Source: Sphingomonadales bacterium
Lineage (GTDB): Bacteria; Pseudomonadota; Alphaproteobacteria; Sphingomonadales; Sphingomonadaceae
Direction: 5' to 3'
NCBI GenBank assembly: GCA_038328515.1
Contig: JBBQMB010000001.1
Span: forward strand, 2,044 to 66,043
Length of the DNA stretch: 64,000 nucleotides
In this document: positions 10,329-19,724 of the stretch, one piece after another
Layout of the letters: every line of letters starts with the position of its first letter
Position numbering within the stretch: the stretch's first letter is position 1
The notes under the pieces: model-generated
What the model was told of the DNA's origin: nothing
What the model saw: the letters and a program-made list of their open reading frames with translations, nothing else
Databases searched by the model: none
Position numbers and translations under genes: made by a program

Positions 10329-13300
10329 CTACTCCGCCGGTTGCGGCGCTGCCGGCTTGCTGGTTGCGCCTTCGTTATTGGTAAACCAGCGCTTGAGCCG
10401 CGGCGCAAGCCATTCCTCGATACCGACAGCGATGCTGAAGCTGGCCGGAACGATAACCAGTGTCAGCGCTGTCGACATGACAAGGCCGCCGATAACGACG
10501 ATGCCCATTGGGGCGCGCCACGACCCGTCGCCATCCAGCGACAGAGCGATAGGCAGCATCCCGGCAACCATGGCGACAGTGGTCATGACGATCGGTTGCA
10601 CGCGCTTGTGCCCGGCTTCGAGGATGGCGGCGGTGCGTTCGACGCCCTTGCTCATTTCCTCGATCGCCATGTCGACAAGCAGGATGGAGTTTTTGGCGAC
10701 GATGCCGAGCAGCATCAACAGGCCGATAAAGACCGGCATGGAGATGGCCTGGCCGGTCAGGTGGAGCGCGATGCCACCGCCGAGCGGGGCGAGGACGAGC
10801 GAGCCCATGTTCACGAACGGCGGCAGGACGCGTTTGTAGAGCAGAACAAGCACGGCGAAGACGAGGAAAACCCCGGCGATGACGGCATAGACGAAATTGA
10901 CGAGCAGTTCGGCCTGCCATTTGTCCTGGCCGAGTTTGACGACTTCGACTCCGATGGGCAGGTTCTTCATGATGGGCAGCCCATCGATCTGGGGGCGGGC
11001 GGTAACAACCCCCGGCGCCAGATCAGCGCCGATCATGACGCGGCGATTTTGATTGAAGCGGCGCACCTGGGTGGCGCCGGCACCAAAGCTGATATCGGCG
11101 ACGACCTTCAGGGGCACGGTGCCGCCGCGCGCCATGGGCACGGGCAGATTTTCAATCGTGCTGATGGTGCGGCGTGAATCTTCGGCGAGCGCCACGCGGA
11201 TCGGGATCTGGCGATCGGAGAGCGAGAATTTGGCGACATTCTGATCGATATCACCAAGGGTAGCGATACGGATGGTTTCGGACAGGGCCGCTGTGGTGAC
11301 GCCCATTTCGGCAGCGACGGCGAAGCGTGGCCGGATGGTGATTTCAGGTCGGCGATTATCGCCTTCGATCCGCGGCTGGCGCAGTTCGGCGATGCCGCGC
11401 ATCTGTTCGACGATGGTGTCGGCTGTCTTTTCGAGCAGCACGGGATCGCTACCGGCGATCATTACCGTCATGTCGCGCCCGCTGCCGCCGCCGCCGCCCT
11501 GCGACTGGAAATTGACGCGCGCATCGGGGATGGCGGCGAGTTTGGGCGCAAATTCACGTTCGAATTCGACGCTGGTGGTCGGCCTGTCCTTGCGCAGGGT
11601 GAGGAAGATTTGCGCTTTTCCGATGTCATTGTCGGAAAAGGCCGTCGCCACCACCGGGGACTGGGTGAGCAGGGCGCTCGCCTTGTCGGCGACAGCGGTG
11701 GTCTGCGCCAGTGTCGAACCGGGGGGCAGGCTGATCTGGACCTGGCTGAAATCGGTGTCGGTGACGGGTTGGAAGGTCATCGGCAGGGTGGTGAAGGCCA
11801 GAACAGTGCCAACAAGGGCGCCGCCGCCGCCGAACAGCACAACCTTCCAGCGGTTGTTCAGCGTCCAGCGCAGGACCACCATGTAGAATTTGACCCAGGC
11901 GCCTTCGCCATGTTCGGCGGTGCCGTGGCTTTTGAGGAAAAACGCCGCGAGCACCGGCGTGATGAGGCGGGCAACGCCCAGGCTGAGCAGAACCGAGACA
12001 ACGACCGTGAAGCCGAAATTCTTGAAGAATTGCCCCGAAATGCCGGGCATCAAGCCGACGGGCAAGAACACCGCGACGATGGCCATGGTGGTGGCGACAA
12101 CGGCAAGGCCGATTTCATCGGCGGCGTCCATCGATGCTTCATAGGCGGATTTGCCCATGCGCATGTGCCGAACGATGTTTTCGATTTCGACGATGGCATC
12201 ATCGACAAGCACACCGGCCACCAGGCTGAGCGCCAGCAGGCTGAGCGTGTTGAGCGAAAAGCCCATCAGATCCATGAAATAAAAGGCCGGGATTGCCGAC
12301 AGCGGAATCGCGACAGCGGAAATGAGGGTAGCGCGCCAGTCACGCAGGAACAGAAAAACGACGATGACAGCGAGCAGCGCGCCTTCCCACATCGCGTTGA
12401 CGGCGGAATGATATTGGCCGCGCGTATATTCGACGCTGGTGAAAAGCTGGTTGAACTTGATCTTGGGATTGGTCTTTTCGATGTCGGCGAGCACCTTTAC
12501 CGCGGCATCGTAAACGGTGATATCAGACGAACCCTTGGCCTTGGTGATGCCGAAACTGAGCACTTGGCGGCCGCCCTGCTTTGAAATGCTGCGCTGTTCT
12601 GCATAGGAATCGCGAACATCGGCAATATCACCGAGCCGGACATTGCGGCCGCCGCCAATTGCGATCTGGGTTTCGGACAGGCCGAGCGCGCTTTTCGCAT
12701 TGCCGAGGACGCGGACCGATTGTTCGGAGCCAGCGATTTCGGCGCGGCCGCCGGCTGCATTCATGTTGACCTGGCGGAGTTGATCATTCACGGCGCTGGC
12801 GGTGAGGCCGAACGCCTGCATGCGGGCAGGATCGAGGATGACGCGGATTTCACGGCTCACGCCGCCGCCGCGCCGGACCTGGGCGACACCGGGGACTGAC
12901 AGCAGCTTTTTCGCGACGGTATCATCGACGAACCAGCTGATCTGTTCGAGCGTCATGTCGGTTGATTCGACTGAATAATAGGCGAGGGCGCCATTGCCGA
13001 AATCGACACGGCTGACCTGGGGCGGCAAGATGCCCTGGGGAAGATCGCCGCGGATATTGGCGATGGCATCGCGGACATCGTTGACGCCGCGATCAACGGG
13101 TGTGCCGACAGCAAACTGGACGTTGGTGCGCGACTGGCCTTCACTGACCGTCGAGGTGATTTCATCGACGCCATTGATGCCGCGCACGGCAGCTTCGACG
13201 CGCTGGGTGACCTGCGTTTCCATTTCCGTTGGCGCGGCGCCGGGTTGATTGACGATGACTGTTGCAGCCGGGAAATCGATATCCGGCATGTCGTTGACGT

Positions 13301-13400
13301 CCATCGTCACGAAACTGAAAATGCCGGCGATCGTCAATATCGTATAGGCGAGGATCGCGGGGACCGGATTTTTGATCGACCAGCTGGAAATATTGCGCAT
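10329..13400 (-). CDS. RND multidrug efflux permease (AcrB/HAE1-type)
   Basis: The protein is about 1023 aa with 12-TM architecture and two large periplasmic loops. The N-terminus is MRNISSWSIKNPVP. The ATG at 13400 has a GAGG Shine-Dalgarno and lies 10 nt after the adaptor gene stop. The track start at 13445 is a GTG. Confidence 0.95.
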   Translation of the reverse strand: MRNISSWSIKNPVPAILAYTILTIAGIFSFVTMDVNDMPDIDFPAATVIVNQPGAAPTEMETQVTQRVEAAVRGINGVDEITSTVSEGQSRTNVQFAVGTPVDRGVNDVRDAIANIRGDLPQGILPPQVSRVDFGNGALAYYSVESTDMTLEQISWFVDDTVAKKLLSVPGVAQVRRGGGVSREIRVILDPARMQAFGLTASAVNDQLRQVNMNAAGGRAEIAGSEQSVRVLGNAKSALGLSETQIAIGGGRNVRLGDIADVRDSYAEQRSISKQGGRQVLSFGITKAKGSSDITVYDAAVKVLADIEKTNPKIKFNQLFTSVEYTRGQYHSAVNAMWEGALLAVIVVFLFLRDWRATLISAVAIPLSAIPAFYFMDLMGFSLNTLSLLALSLVAGVLVDDAIVEIENIVRHMRMGKSAYEASMDAADEIGLAVVATTMAIVAVFLPVGLMPGISGQFFKNFGFTVVVSVLLSLGVARLITPVLAAFFLKSHGTAEHGEGAWVKFYMVVLRWTLNNRWKVVLFGGGGALVGTVLAFTTLPMTFQPVTDTDFSQVQISLPPGSTLAQTTAVADKASALLTQSPVVATAFSDNDIGKAQIFLTLRKDRPTTSVEFEREFAPKLAAIPDARVNFQSQGGGGGSGRDMTVMIAGSDPVLLEKTADTIVEQMRGIAELRQPRIEGDNRRPEITIRPRFAVAAEMGVTTAALSETIRIATLGDIDQNVAKFSLSDRQIPIRVALAEDSRRTISTIENLPVPMARGGTVPLKVVADISFGAGATQVRRFNQNRRVMIGADLAPGVVTARPQIDGLPIMKNLPIGVEVVKLGQDKWQAELLVNFVYAVIAGVFLVFAVLVLLYKRVLPPFVNMGSLVLAPLGGGIALHLTGQAISMPVFIGLLMLLGIVAKNSILLVDMAIEEMSKGVERTAAILEAGHKRVQPIVMTTVAMVAGMLPIALSLDGDGSWRAPMGIVVIGGLVMSTALTLVIVPASFSIAVGIEEWLAPRLKRWFTNNEGATSKPAAPQPAE

Positions 13401-13410
13401 TGTCTTGCCT

Positions 13411-14586
13411 CTAGCTCGCGGCGTTAACAGGGACGATTTTTTCACCCGGGCGCAGGAACGCGCCGGCGCTGAGCACGACCTTTTCAGTGCCGTTCAGGCC
13501 GGTGGCGACGCTGACGCCCTGATCGCTGACCGTGGCGGTCGTGATGGCGCGGCGTTCAACCCGATTGTCGGCGCCCAGAACGAGGACGTAATTGCCCTTG
13601 TCATCGGAAAGCACGGCTGACTGCGGCAGGACGGGACGCACGGCCTCGCCCGACGCGATACGGGTTTTTGCGAAAGCACCAACCCGCAGCCCTGGTTCAT
13701 ATTTGAGCGCAATGCGCGCGATGCCCTGACGGCTGCCGGCATCGATCACCGGATCGATCAGCCAGACCTTGCCGCGATATTCGGTGGTGGACCCGATGGG
13801 CGTGACTGACGCTGGCATGCCCGGCTTCAGCCGCGCCAGATCCTGTTCAGCAACCTGCGCCCGCATTTCGAGCACCCCGCCTTCGGCAATGCGGAACAAT
13901 ACCGCGGCCGGCGACACGATCTGGCCGGTTTCGACGCTGCGGGCGAGCACGAGACCCGCCGCCGGCGCGCGGATATTGAGCCTTTCGATCCGCGCATTGT
14001 TTTCCGCCAGTTGCGCACTCGCTACCGCGACGCGGGCGAGCGCACTGTCGCGTGTCGCGGTGCGCTGGTCGATATCGGCTTTGGAAATGAAGCCCTTGGC
14101 CACCAGCGCTTCGGCGCGCGCAAGATTGGCCTGTGCCAGCCGCGCATCGGCTTGCGCCTGGCGCACACTGGCTGCCAACTGGATTGATTGCTGGGTCTGC
14201 ACGGCATTATCGATCCGGGCGAGGATCTGACCCCGTGCAACCGACTGGCCGGCTTCCACGAGCACTGCCGTAACCCGGCCGCCTTCGCCTTGCACGCCGA
14301 CGGCGGCATCACGCCGCGCTGCAATCGAACCCGGTGCCGTTACCACATCGGCAACGGCGGTCGTACCGGGAACAATGACGGTAACCTGGGGCAGCGCATT
14401 TACCTTGGGCGCCTCAACAGGTTTGGGACCAAAGACCTTCCACAGGCCAAATGCCGCCGCCAACACGCCCAGCATGATTGCCAACGGCAGCAGCCAGCGG
14501 CGACGCGCCGTGCCGGCACCCTGCTCTGACGCAAATGCGTAGGTGCCTGCCGTTTCAGGCTCCGGCAACTTGTTATACATATTCAT
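13411..14586 (-). CDS. RND efflux periplasmic adaptor subunit (HlyD/MFP family)
   Basis: An N-terminal TM anchor is followed by a coiled-coil hairpin region (QLAASVRQAQADARLAQANLARAEAL), then barrel-sandwich and beta-barrel segments. The gene lies immediately upstream of the RND permease. Confidence 0.9.
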   Translation of the reverse strand: MNMYNKLPEPETAGTYAFASEQGAGTARRRWLLPLAIMLGVLAAAFGLWKVFGPKPVEAPKVNALPQVTVIVPGTTAVADVVTAPGSIAARRDAAVGVQGEGGRVTAVLVEAGQSVARGQILARIDNAVQTQQSIQLAASVRQAQADARLAQANLARAEALVAKGFISKADIDQRTATRDSALARVAVASAQLAENNARIERLNIRAPAAGLVLARSVETGQIVSPAAVLFRIAEGGVLEMRAQVAEQDLARLKPGMPASVTPIGSTTEYRGKVWLIDPVIDAGSRQGIARIALKYEPGLRVGAFAKTRIASGEAVRPVLPQSAVLSDDKGNYVLVLGADNRVERRAITTATVSDQGVSVATGLNGTEKVVLSAGAFLRPGEKIVPVNAAS

Positions 14587-14717
14587 ACTCGACTCGATCC
14601 CAGGCAGGCGACTGTATTATCCGAATACGTCACCAAAAGCAACGTGTCGTATAACGCAGGACTGTGGCACTGCGAAGGCAATTTTTGAGTCTGGCTCGAT
14701 GATTGCTCGTAAAGCGA

Positions 14718-14751
14718 CAATTTGCCTTAGCGGCGTCGTTAGGGCAAATTG
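14718..14751. promoter_or_regulatory. 9-bp inverted repeat CAATTTGCC-N16-GGCAAATTG upstream of the yeaQ-like gene
   Basis: Read directly from the sequence. It lies 37 nt upstream of the ATG at 14788, in the 200-bp divergent region shared with the RND operon. Its function as an operator or leader hairpin is inferred only. Confidence 0.3.
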
Positions 14752-14787
14752 GTTTTCATATCGTCACTTCGTTTTGGAGAGCCAGCC

Positions 14788-15048
14788 ATGACCCTTTTCG
14801 GCCTGATCGGCACGGCGCTCGTGGGCCTGGTTGTCGGTGCCATCGCCAAATGGTTTTCGTCCGGGTCAAAGCCGAGCGGTTGCCTCGTCACCATGCTGAT
14901 CGGCGTTGCCGGCGCCTATATCGCTCGCTGGATCGGGGCCGAGTTTTTCGGCTGGTATCGCGATGGCGATGCGCCGGGCTGGATCATGTCGGTCATCGGT
15001 GCCATGTTGCTGCTCTGGGTGCTGCGTCTGTTCGAAAGCCGGCGCTGA
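14788..15048 (+). CDS. GlsB/YeaQ/YmgE family stress-response membrane protein
   Basis: The protein is 86 aa with glycine-zipper TM segments (GLIGTALVGLVVGAIAKW, MLIGVAGAYIARWIG). A GGAGAG Shine-Dalgarno precedes the ATG at 14788. Confidence 0.8.
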   Translation: MTLFGLIGTALVGLVVGAIAKWFSSGSKPSGCLVTMLIGVAGAYIARWIGAEFFGWYRDGDAPGWIMSVIGAMLLLWVLRLFESRR

Positions 15049-15121
15049 TCGACGGTTCAGCGTTGCGAAAGCCCCACACTGCAAAGTGGTCCCGGCAATA
15101 CATAAACAACAAGGATTTGCC

Positions 15122-15820
15122 ATGATGCTGCGCACCGCGATTGCCGCTACCGCCCTTATGACCGCCGGCATGGCCGCGGCTCAGCCAGCACCGGCACCGA
15201 CCACCCTGACTGTCAATGCCGAAGGCCGGGTGGCCCGCGCGCCCGATATCGCCGAAGTATCGGGCGGGGTCGTCACCATGGCGGCCACTGCTACGGCCGC
15301 CATGACCGAAAACGCCAATCGCATGGCAGCGGTGGTCGCAGCGGTGCGCAAGGCGGGTATCGCCGATCGCGATATCCAGACGTCCGGGCTCAACCTGCAA
15401 CCCCAGTATAAATATGAAAACAACAATCCCCCGGTGCTGACCGGTTACCAGGTGACCAACACGGTTTCGCTGCGCATCCGCAAACTGCCCGAGGCGGGGC
15501 GACTGCTCGATACATTGGTAAGCGTCGGCGCCAACCAGATCAGCGGGCCGAACTTCAAGGTTGAAAAGGCCGATGCCGCGCTCGATGAAGCCCGGCTGGC
15601 CGCCGTTGCAACAGCGCGGGCGCGCGCCGAGCTTTATGCCCGGGCGAGTGGCATGAAGATCCGCCGCATCGCCTCGATCAGCGAAACCGGCGGCTACGAC
15701 CAGGGCCCGCGCCCGATGGCGATGACGATGCGCAGCGAAAAAATGGACGCCGCCTCGCCGGTGGAACCCGGCGAAGTGGCATTGACCGTCAATGTGACAA
15801 TGGTGTTCGAACTGGAATAG
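15122..15820 (+). CDS. SIMPL domain (DUF541, BP26/OMP28-like) periplasmic protein
   Basis: The signal peptide is MMLRTAIAATALMTAGMAAAQ. Family-typical segments are present, such as GYQVTNTVSLRIRKLPEAGRLLDTLV and PVEPGEVALTVNVTMVFEL. Confidence 0.8.
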   Translation: MMLRTAIAATALMTAGMAAAQPAPAPTTLTVNAEGRVARAPDIAEVSGGVVTMAATATAAMTENANRMAAVVAAVRKAGIADRDIQTSGLNLQPQYKYENNNPPVLTGYQVTNTVSLRIRKLPEAGRLLDTLVSVGANQISGPNFKVEKADAALDEARLAAVATARARAELYARASGMKIRRIASISETGGYDQGPRPMAMTMRSEKMDAASPVEPGEVALTVNVTMVFELE

Positions 15821-15825
15821 CCTTT

Positions 15826-15853
15826 GTCATTATGGGTTAGGCCCGGGATGACA
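15826..15853. repeat. Degenerate or short copy of the GTCAT...GCCCGGGATGAC palindromic repeat
   Basis: The sequence GTCATTATGGGTTAGGCCCGGGATGAC lies between convergent genes. Its right arm matches the right arms of the elements at 8964-9039 and 42674-42761. Confidence 0.5.
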
Positions 15854-15855
15854 GG

Positions 15856-16632
15856 CTAGGCGATTGTCGCGCCGCCATCGATGACAAAGCATTGCCCGGT
15901 GGCAAAACCACCCGCCTTGCCGGCCAGCAGCACCGCCATGCCGGCGATTTCATCGGGGATGCCGATGCGGCGCAGCGGTGCGTTGCTCGTCGATACCTTC
16001 AGGATTTCGGGGTTGTCCCACAGCGCCTTGGCAAAATCGGTCTTGATGAGGCCGGGAGCGATGCAGTTTACCCGCACATTGTCCGGCCCATATTCGGCGG
16101 CCAGGTTGCGCGCCAGTTGCATGTCGGCGGCTTTTGAAATGCAATAGGCGCCGATGACGGTTGAGGCCTTCAATCCGCCGACCGACGAAATGATCGTGAT
16201 GCTGCCGTCCTTGCGGGCGCGCATCGCGGGGGCGACCATGGTGATCAGCCAATGGTTCGAGATGATGTTGTTTTGCAGAATCTTGCTGAACTGATCATCG
16301 CTGATGCCGTCCTGCGGGCCGAAATAGGGGTTGGACGCAGCGTTGCAGACGAGATGGTCAATCTGGCCAAAACGGGCGATGGTTTTGTCAACCAGCGCCT
16401 GCAGACTGGCCTTGTCGGCGATATTGGCGGGGATCGCATAGGCAGCGTCGCGGCCAACTGCGGCGTTGATTTCGGCGACTGCGGCGTCGCAGACATCGGC
16501 TTTGCGGCTGGAAATGATGACATTGGCGCCATGTTCGGCCATGCGGTGGGCGATGGCCTTGCCGATGCCCTTTGATGAGCCGGTGATGAGCGCGGTCTGG
16601 CCAGTCAGGTCAAAAAGTGCAGGCATGGTCAT
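15856..16632 (-). CDS. SDR family oxidoreductase
   Basis: The cofactor motif is TGSSKGIGKAIA, NAA and the catalytic YxxxK (YCISKAA) are present, and the protein is 258 aa. A GGGGAG Shine-Dalgarno lies upstream. Confidence 0.9.
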   Translation of the reverse strand: MTMPALFDLTGQTALITGSSKGIGKAIAHRMAEHGANVIISSRKADVCDAAVAEINAAVGRDAAYAIPANIADKASLQALVDKTIARFGQIDHLVCNAASNPYFGPQDGISDDQFSKILQNNIISNHWLITMVAPAMRARKDGSITIISSVGGLKASTVIGAYCISKAADMQLARNLAAEYGPDNVRVNCIAPGLIKTDFAKALWDNPEILKVSTSNAPLRRIGIPDEIAGMAVLLAGKAGGFATGQCFVIDGGATIA

Positions 16633-16727
16633 GGTCGTCTCCCCGAATTTCGCCTTCTATGCCGCGCTGGTGCCCTGATGTCATCCACCGATGATGACAA
16701 GCACGTTGCACCGCGCCATGGTGGGTT

Positions 16728-17954
16728 ATGGTCGAATCGTTGAAGTCTTCGCTGGCCCGTCCGGGCGTGCGCGCTACCTGGCTGGCGTGCCTGTTTTTTG
16801 CCGGATTCGGCGCGCTTATCCCGTTCCTGCCGGTTTGGCTTGAAAAAGCGCACGGCTTTTCGGGGTCACAGATCGGGTTGGTGCTCGCCATCGGCGGGTT
16901 TTCGCGGATCATTGCCGGGCCCCTTACGGCGGCCTGGGCAGATGGGCGCAACGACCGGCGGGCGCCGATGTTCCTGTTTGCAATCGTGCTGACTATCGGT
17001 TTCGCGTCATTGTGGTTCGCCGAGAATTTCGTGCTCGTATTCGGCATCATCCTGTTGATGGACGTGGCCTTCTGGGGGCTGGTGCCGGTGATCGAAGCGG
17101 CGCTGCTGCGCCTGACCAAATATGGCTGGCCGCGTTATGGGCTGGCGCGCGGGCTGGCTTCGGCGGCGTTTGTCGTCGGATCGAGCGTCGTCGGCAGCCT
17201 GATCGACGGCTATGGCCCCTGGGCGATATGGGCCTGGTTGTTCGGCGTATCGGCGGCGTTGATCGCGGCGGCGGCATGGATGCGGCCCGAACCGGTCGGC
17301 AGCGGCCGGGAGGCGCCTTTTGCGACGCGCTTTGCCGCTGGCGTCGGCATGCTGAAGGATCGCAAATTCGCGTTGATGATCTTTGCCGCCGGGCTCATTC
17401 AGGCAACCCATAGTTATTTCTATGTCGCCGGAACGCTGATCTGGACCAATGACCAGCAGTTATCCTCGACGTTGGCGGGCAATCTCTGGTCGGTCGGCGT
17501 GATCGCCGAAGTCGGTTTCCTGATTTTCCTGGCGCGCTGGACGGAGCGTTTTACGCCGGAAACGCTCATCCTGTTCGGTGGCCTTGCTGCCATCGTCCGC
17601 TGGACGGCGCTATCGATGCTGCCGCCGGTTTGGGCGTTGTTCCCGTTGCAACTCCTGCACGCCGGCACTTTTGCCGCGACCTTCCTTGGTGGGGTGCGCA
17701 TGACGCAGATGCTGCACGGCGATGAACGCACGCCCACAGCGCAGATGATCTACATGGCGCTGGCCTCGGCGCCGGCGCAGGCAGTCACCACGCTGATTTC
17801 GGGCGAGCTTTACGAATATCTCAATGCCACAGGGCGCGGCGCGCTCGGCTATCTGTCGATGACGGCGGTAGCGGTGATCGGCACCGGTCTGGCGTGGTTG
17901 CTGTGGCTGCGGCGTGATGCTGTGGCTGTGCCGCAGGGTCTGACGGCTGAATAA
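16728..17954 (+). CDS. MFS transporter (HcaT/MFS_1-like)
   Basis: The protein is 408 aa with about 12 predicted TM segments. The N-terminus FFAGFGALIPFLPVWLEKAHGFSGSQIG is typical of the PPP/LacY-like MFS subgroup. Confidence 0.85.
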   Translation: MVESLKSSLARPGVRATWLACLFFAGFGALIPFLPVWLEKAHGFSGSQIGLVLAIGGFSRIIAGPLTAAWADGRNDRRAPMFLFAIVLTIGFASLWFAENFVLVFGIILLMDVAFWGLVPVIEAALLRLTKYGWPRYGLARGLASAAFVVGSSVVGSLIDGYGPWAIWAWLFGVSAALIAAAAWMRPEPVGSGREAPFATRFAAGVGMLKDRKFALMIFAAGLIQATHSYFYVAGTLIWTNDQQLSSTLAGNLWSVGVIAEVGFLIFLARWTERFTPETLILFGGLAAIVRWTALSMLPPVWALFPLQLLHAGTFAATFLGGVRMTQMLHGDERTPTAQMIYMALASAPAQAVTTLISGELYEYLNATGRGALGYLSMTAVAVIGTGLAWLLWLRRDAVAVPQGLTAE

Positions 17955-18041
17955 CGGGCGTCGCCATCGGCAACTGGCGGCATTGGCGGGCCTCAGGCAA
18001 AACGCTGGCCAGGGCGCCAGCCGCTGGCGGCGCTTGAAATC

Positions 18042-18809
18042 TCAGTCCGCGCCCAAGGCATTATCGGGTTCGCTGGCATATTCCGGCAGCGGGATAGCGG
18101 CCGCGGCAGCGCGCAGGGCATTGCCCCAGCGGTCGTTCATTTCGCGATAATATTCATCGTCGACATCGATGCGGTGGAGCAGTTCGACGCGGCTGGTACC
18201 CGTTCGGACGGTGACAAAGTCGATCGGCAAGCCGACGGCGAGGTTCGAGCGCATCGTTGCCGAAAACGAGATCAGCGCGATCTTTATGGCTTCGGCCATC
18301 GGGGTTTCATAGCTGACCATGCGATCGAGCACTGGCTTGCCATATTTCAGCTCGCCGATTTGCAGGAACGGTGTGTCCTGCTGGCATTCGATGAAATTGC
18401 CGGCGCCATAGATCAGGAACATGCGTGGCTTGCGGCCATCGATGCTGCCGCCGAACAACAACGAGGCATCGGTTGAAACTTTTTCGGTGCGCACCACGAG
18501 ATCGATGCTTGCCTTGGCGTCGCTGAGTGCCTGGCCGATGATCTGCGCGGCGCGAAAGACGGTGGGCGCGGTATCGACCGTTTCCTTTTTGCCGCTGTCG
18601 GGCATGACGACGCCGAGCGCCACCCTGCTGGTTGCAGACTGCGTTACCGACAGGCTGCCGGCGGACGTGACGACCATCACCCGGTCGTGCCCGGTTTCGA
18701 GCACGCGCAGCTTGCGATAGGTCGAGATATTATCGACGCCGGCGTTGGTGCGGGTATCGGCGAGCATCACCATGCCTTCGCGCACCAGGATTCCGATACA
18801 ATAGGTCAT
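18042..18809 (-). CDS. Proteasome-type Ntn-hydrolase peptidase (Anbu family, COG3484-like)
   Basis: A GGGGGAGA Shine-Dalgarno precedes the ATG at 18809, which gives MTYCIGILVREGMVMLADTRTNAG with Thr as residue 2, the expected N-terminal nucleophile. The protein is about 255 aa. It is the last gene of the ATP-grasp, alpha-E and transglutaminase cluster. Confidence 0.8.
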   Translation of the reverse strand: MTYCIGILVREGMVMLADTRTNAGVDNISTYRKLRVLETGHDRVMVVTSAGSLSVTQSATSRVALGVVMPDSGKKETVDTAPTVFRAAQIIGQALSDAKASIDLVVRTEKVSTDASLLFGGSIDGRKPRMFLIYGAGNFIECQQDTPFLQIGELKYGKPVLDRMVSYETPMAEAIKIALISFSATMRSNLAVGLPIDFVTVRTGTSRVELLHRIDVDDEYYREMNDRWGNALRAAAAAIPLPEYASEPDNALGAD

Positions 18810-18859
18810 GGTCAGGCTGTCTCCCCCGCGCGAACTATATTGTTCCTGTCCGCCGCCAT

Positions 18860-19714
18860 TCAAGATTGCACCTGCGTCATGGCTTCGGCAAGCACCGTGA
18901 CAGCGGCCGGTGCATGCGCATCGCTGGCCGTCACGCTCACCACCATCGTTTCGGCACCACCGCCGCGGCGCGCGCCGCGCACCGGTGCCGCATCGAGATA
19001 ATCGAGCCCGACCGCGACGCGCAAATAGGCCTCGGTTGTCGACATGCCATTGGTCGGATCGAACCCCACCCAGCCAAGATCGGGCACATAGGCTTCAACC
19101 CAGGCGTGGCCGGCCGGCTGCGTGACCAGCCCGTCAGCGCGCACCAGATGCCCCGAGACATAGCGCGCCGGAATGCCGAGCAGCCGGGCGGCCGCGAGGA
19201 AAATATGGCTGTAGTCCTGACAGACACCGGCTTTCAGGCGAAAGGCATGCGCCGCATCGGTGTGGCTGTGGGTGACATCGGCATCAAAGGTCATGCCGTC
19301 GTAAAGGCTGGTCAGCAGGGCATGGCAGGTTTCGATCGGATTTGTCTGTGCCAAGCTGCGGGCAAAATCGCGGATCGCGACATCAGGGGTGCTGAGCGGT
19401 GTCGTGCGCAGAAAAATGCTGGCCGGCAGCGGTTCGGCGGTACCCCGTAATACGCCATTGGTTTCGCTGGTATCGACCTCGCCGGTCACATGGAGCGCCA
19501 GCCGCCGGATTGGCGCATCGGCATAAAACATGTGGGTGACATTGCCGAATACATCGTGTCCCCGGCGCAGATGACCATCGGTATCGGTATCGAGCCGCCA
19601 ATTGACAATGTGTTGATCATGATGGCCGCACGGTTCTACGCGCAGCAACTGGACAACATCGCTGGCCAGCAAAGAATAGTCGTAAATTGTTGAATAATCT
19701 ACTTTAATACGCAT
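18860..19714 (-). CDS. Transglutaminase-like cysteine peptidase family protein (COG1305-like)
   Basis: The protein is 284 aa. The catalytic-core context is GVCQDYSHIFLAAARLLGIPARYVSGH ... GHAWVEAY ... FDPTN, giving a Cys-His-Asp arrangement. Confidence 0.85.
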   Translation of the reverse strand: MRIKVDYSTIYDYSLLASDVVQLLRVEPCGHHDQHIVNWRLDTDTDGHLRRGHDVFGNVTHMFYADAPIRRLALHVTGEVDTSETNGVLRGTAEPLPASIFLRTTPLSTPDVAIRDFARSLAQTNPIETCHALLTSLYDGMTFDADVTHSHTDAAHAFRLKAGVCQDYSHIFLAAARLLGIPARYVSGHLVRADGLVTQPAGHAWVEAYVPDLGWVGFDPTNGMSTTEAYLRVAVGLDYLDAAPVRGARRGGGAETMVVSVTASDAHAPAAVTVLAEAMTQVQS

Positions 19715-19724
19715 TATTCTTCGA

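Noticed and set aside
14700-14745. EcfG-type general stress promoter (GGAAC-N16/17-CGTT) for the yeaQ-like gene
   Set aside because: Only the -10-like CGTT is present. The -35 position reads CGACA rather than GGAAC.
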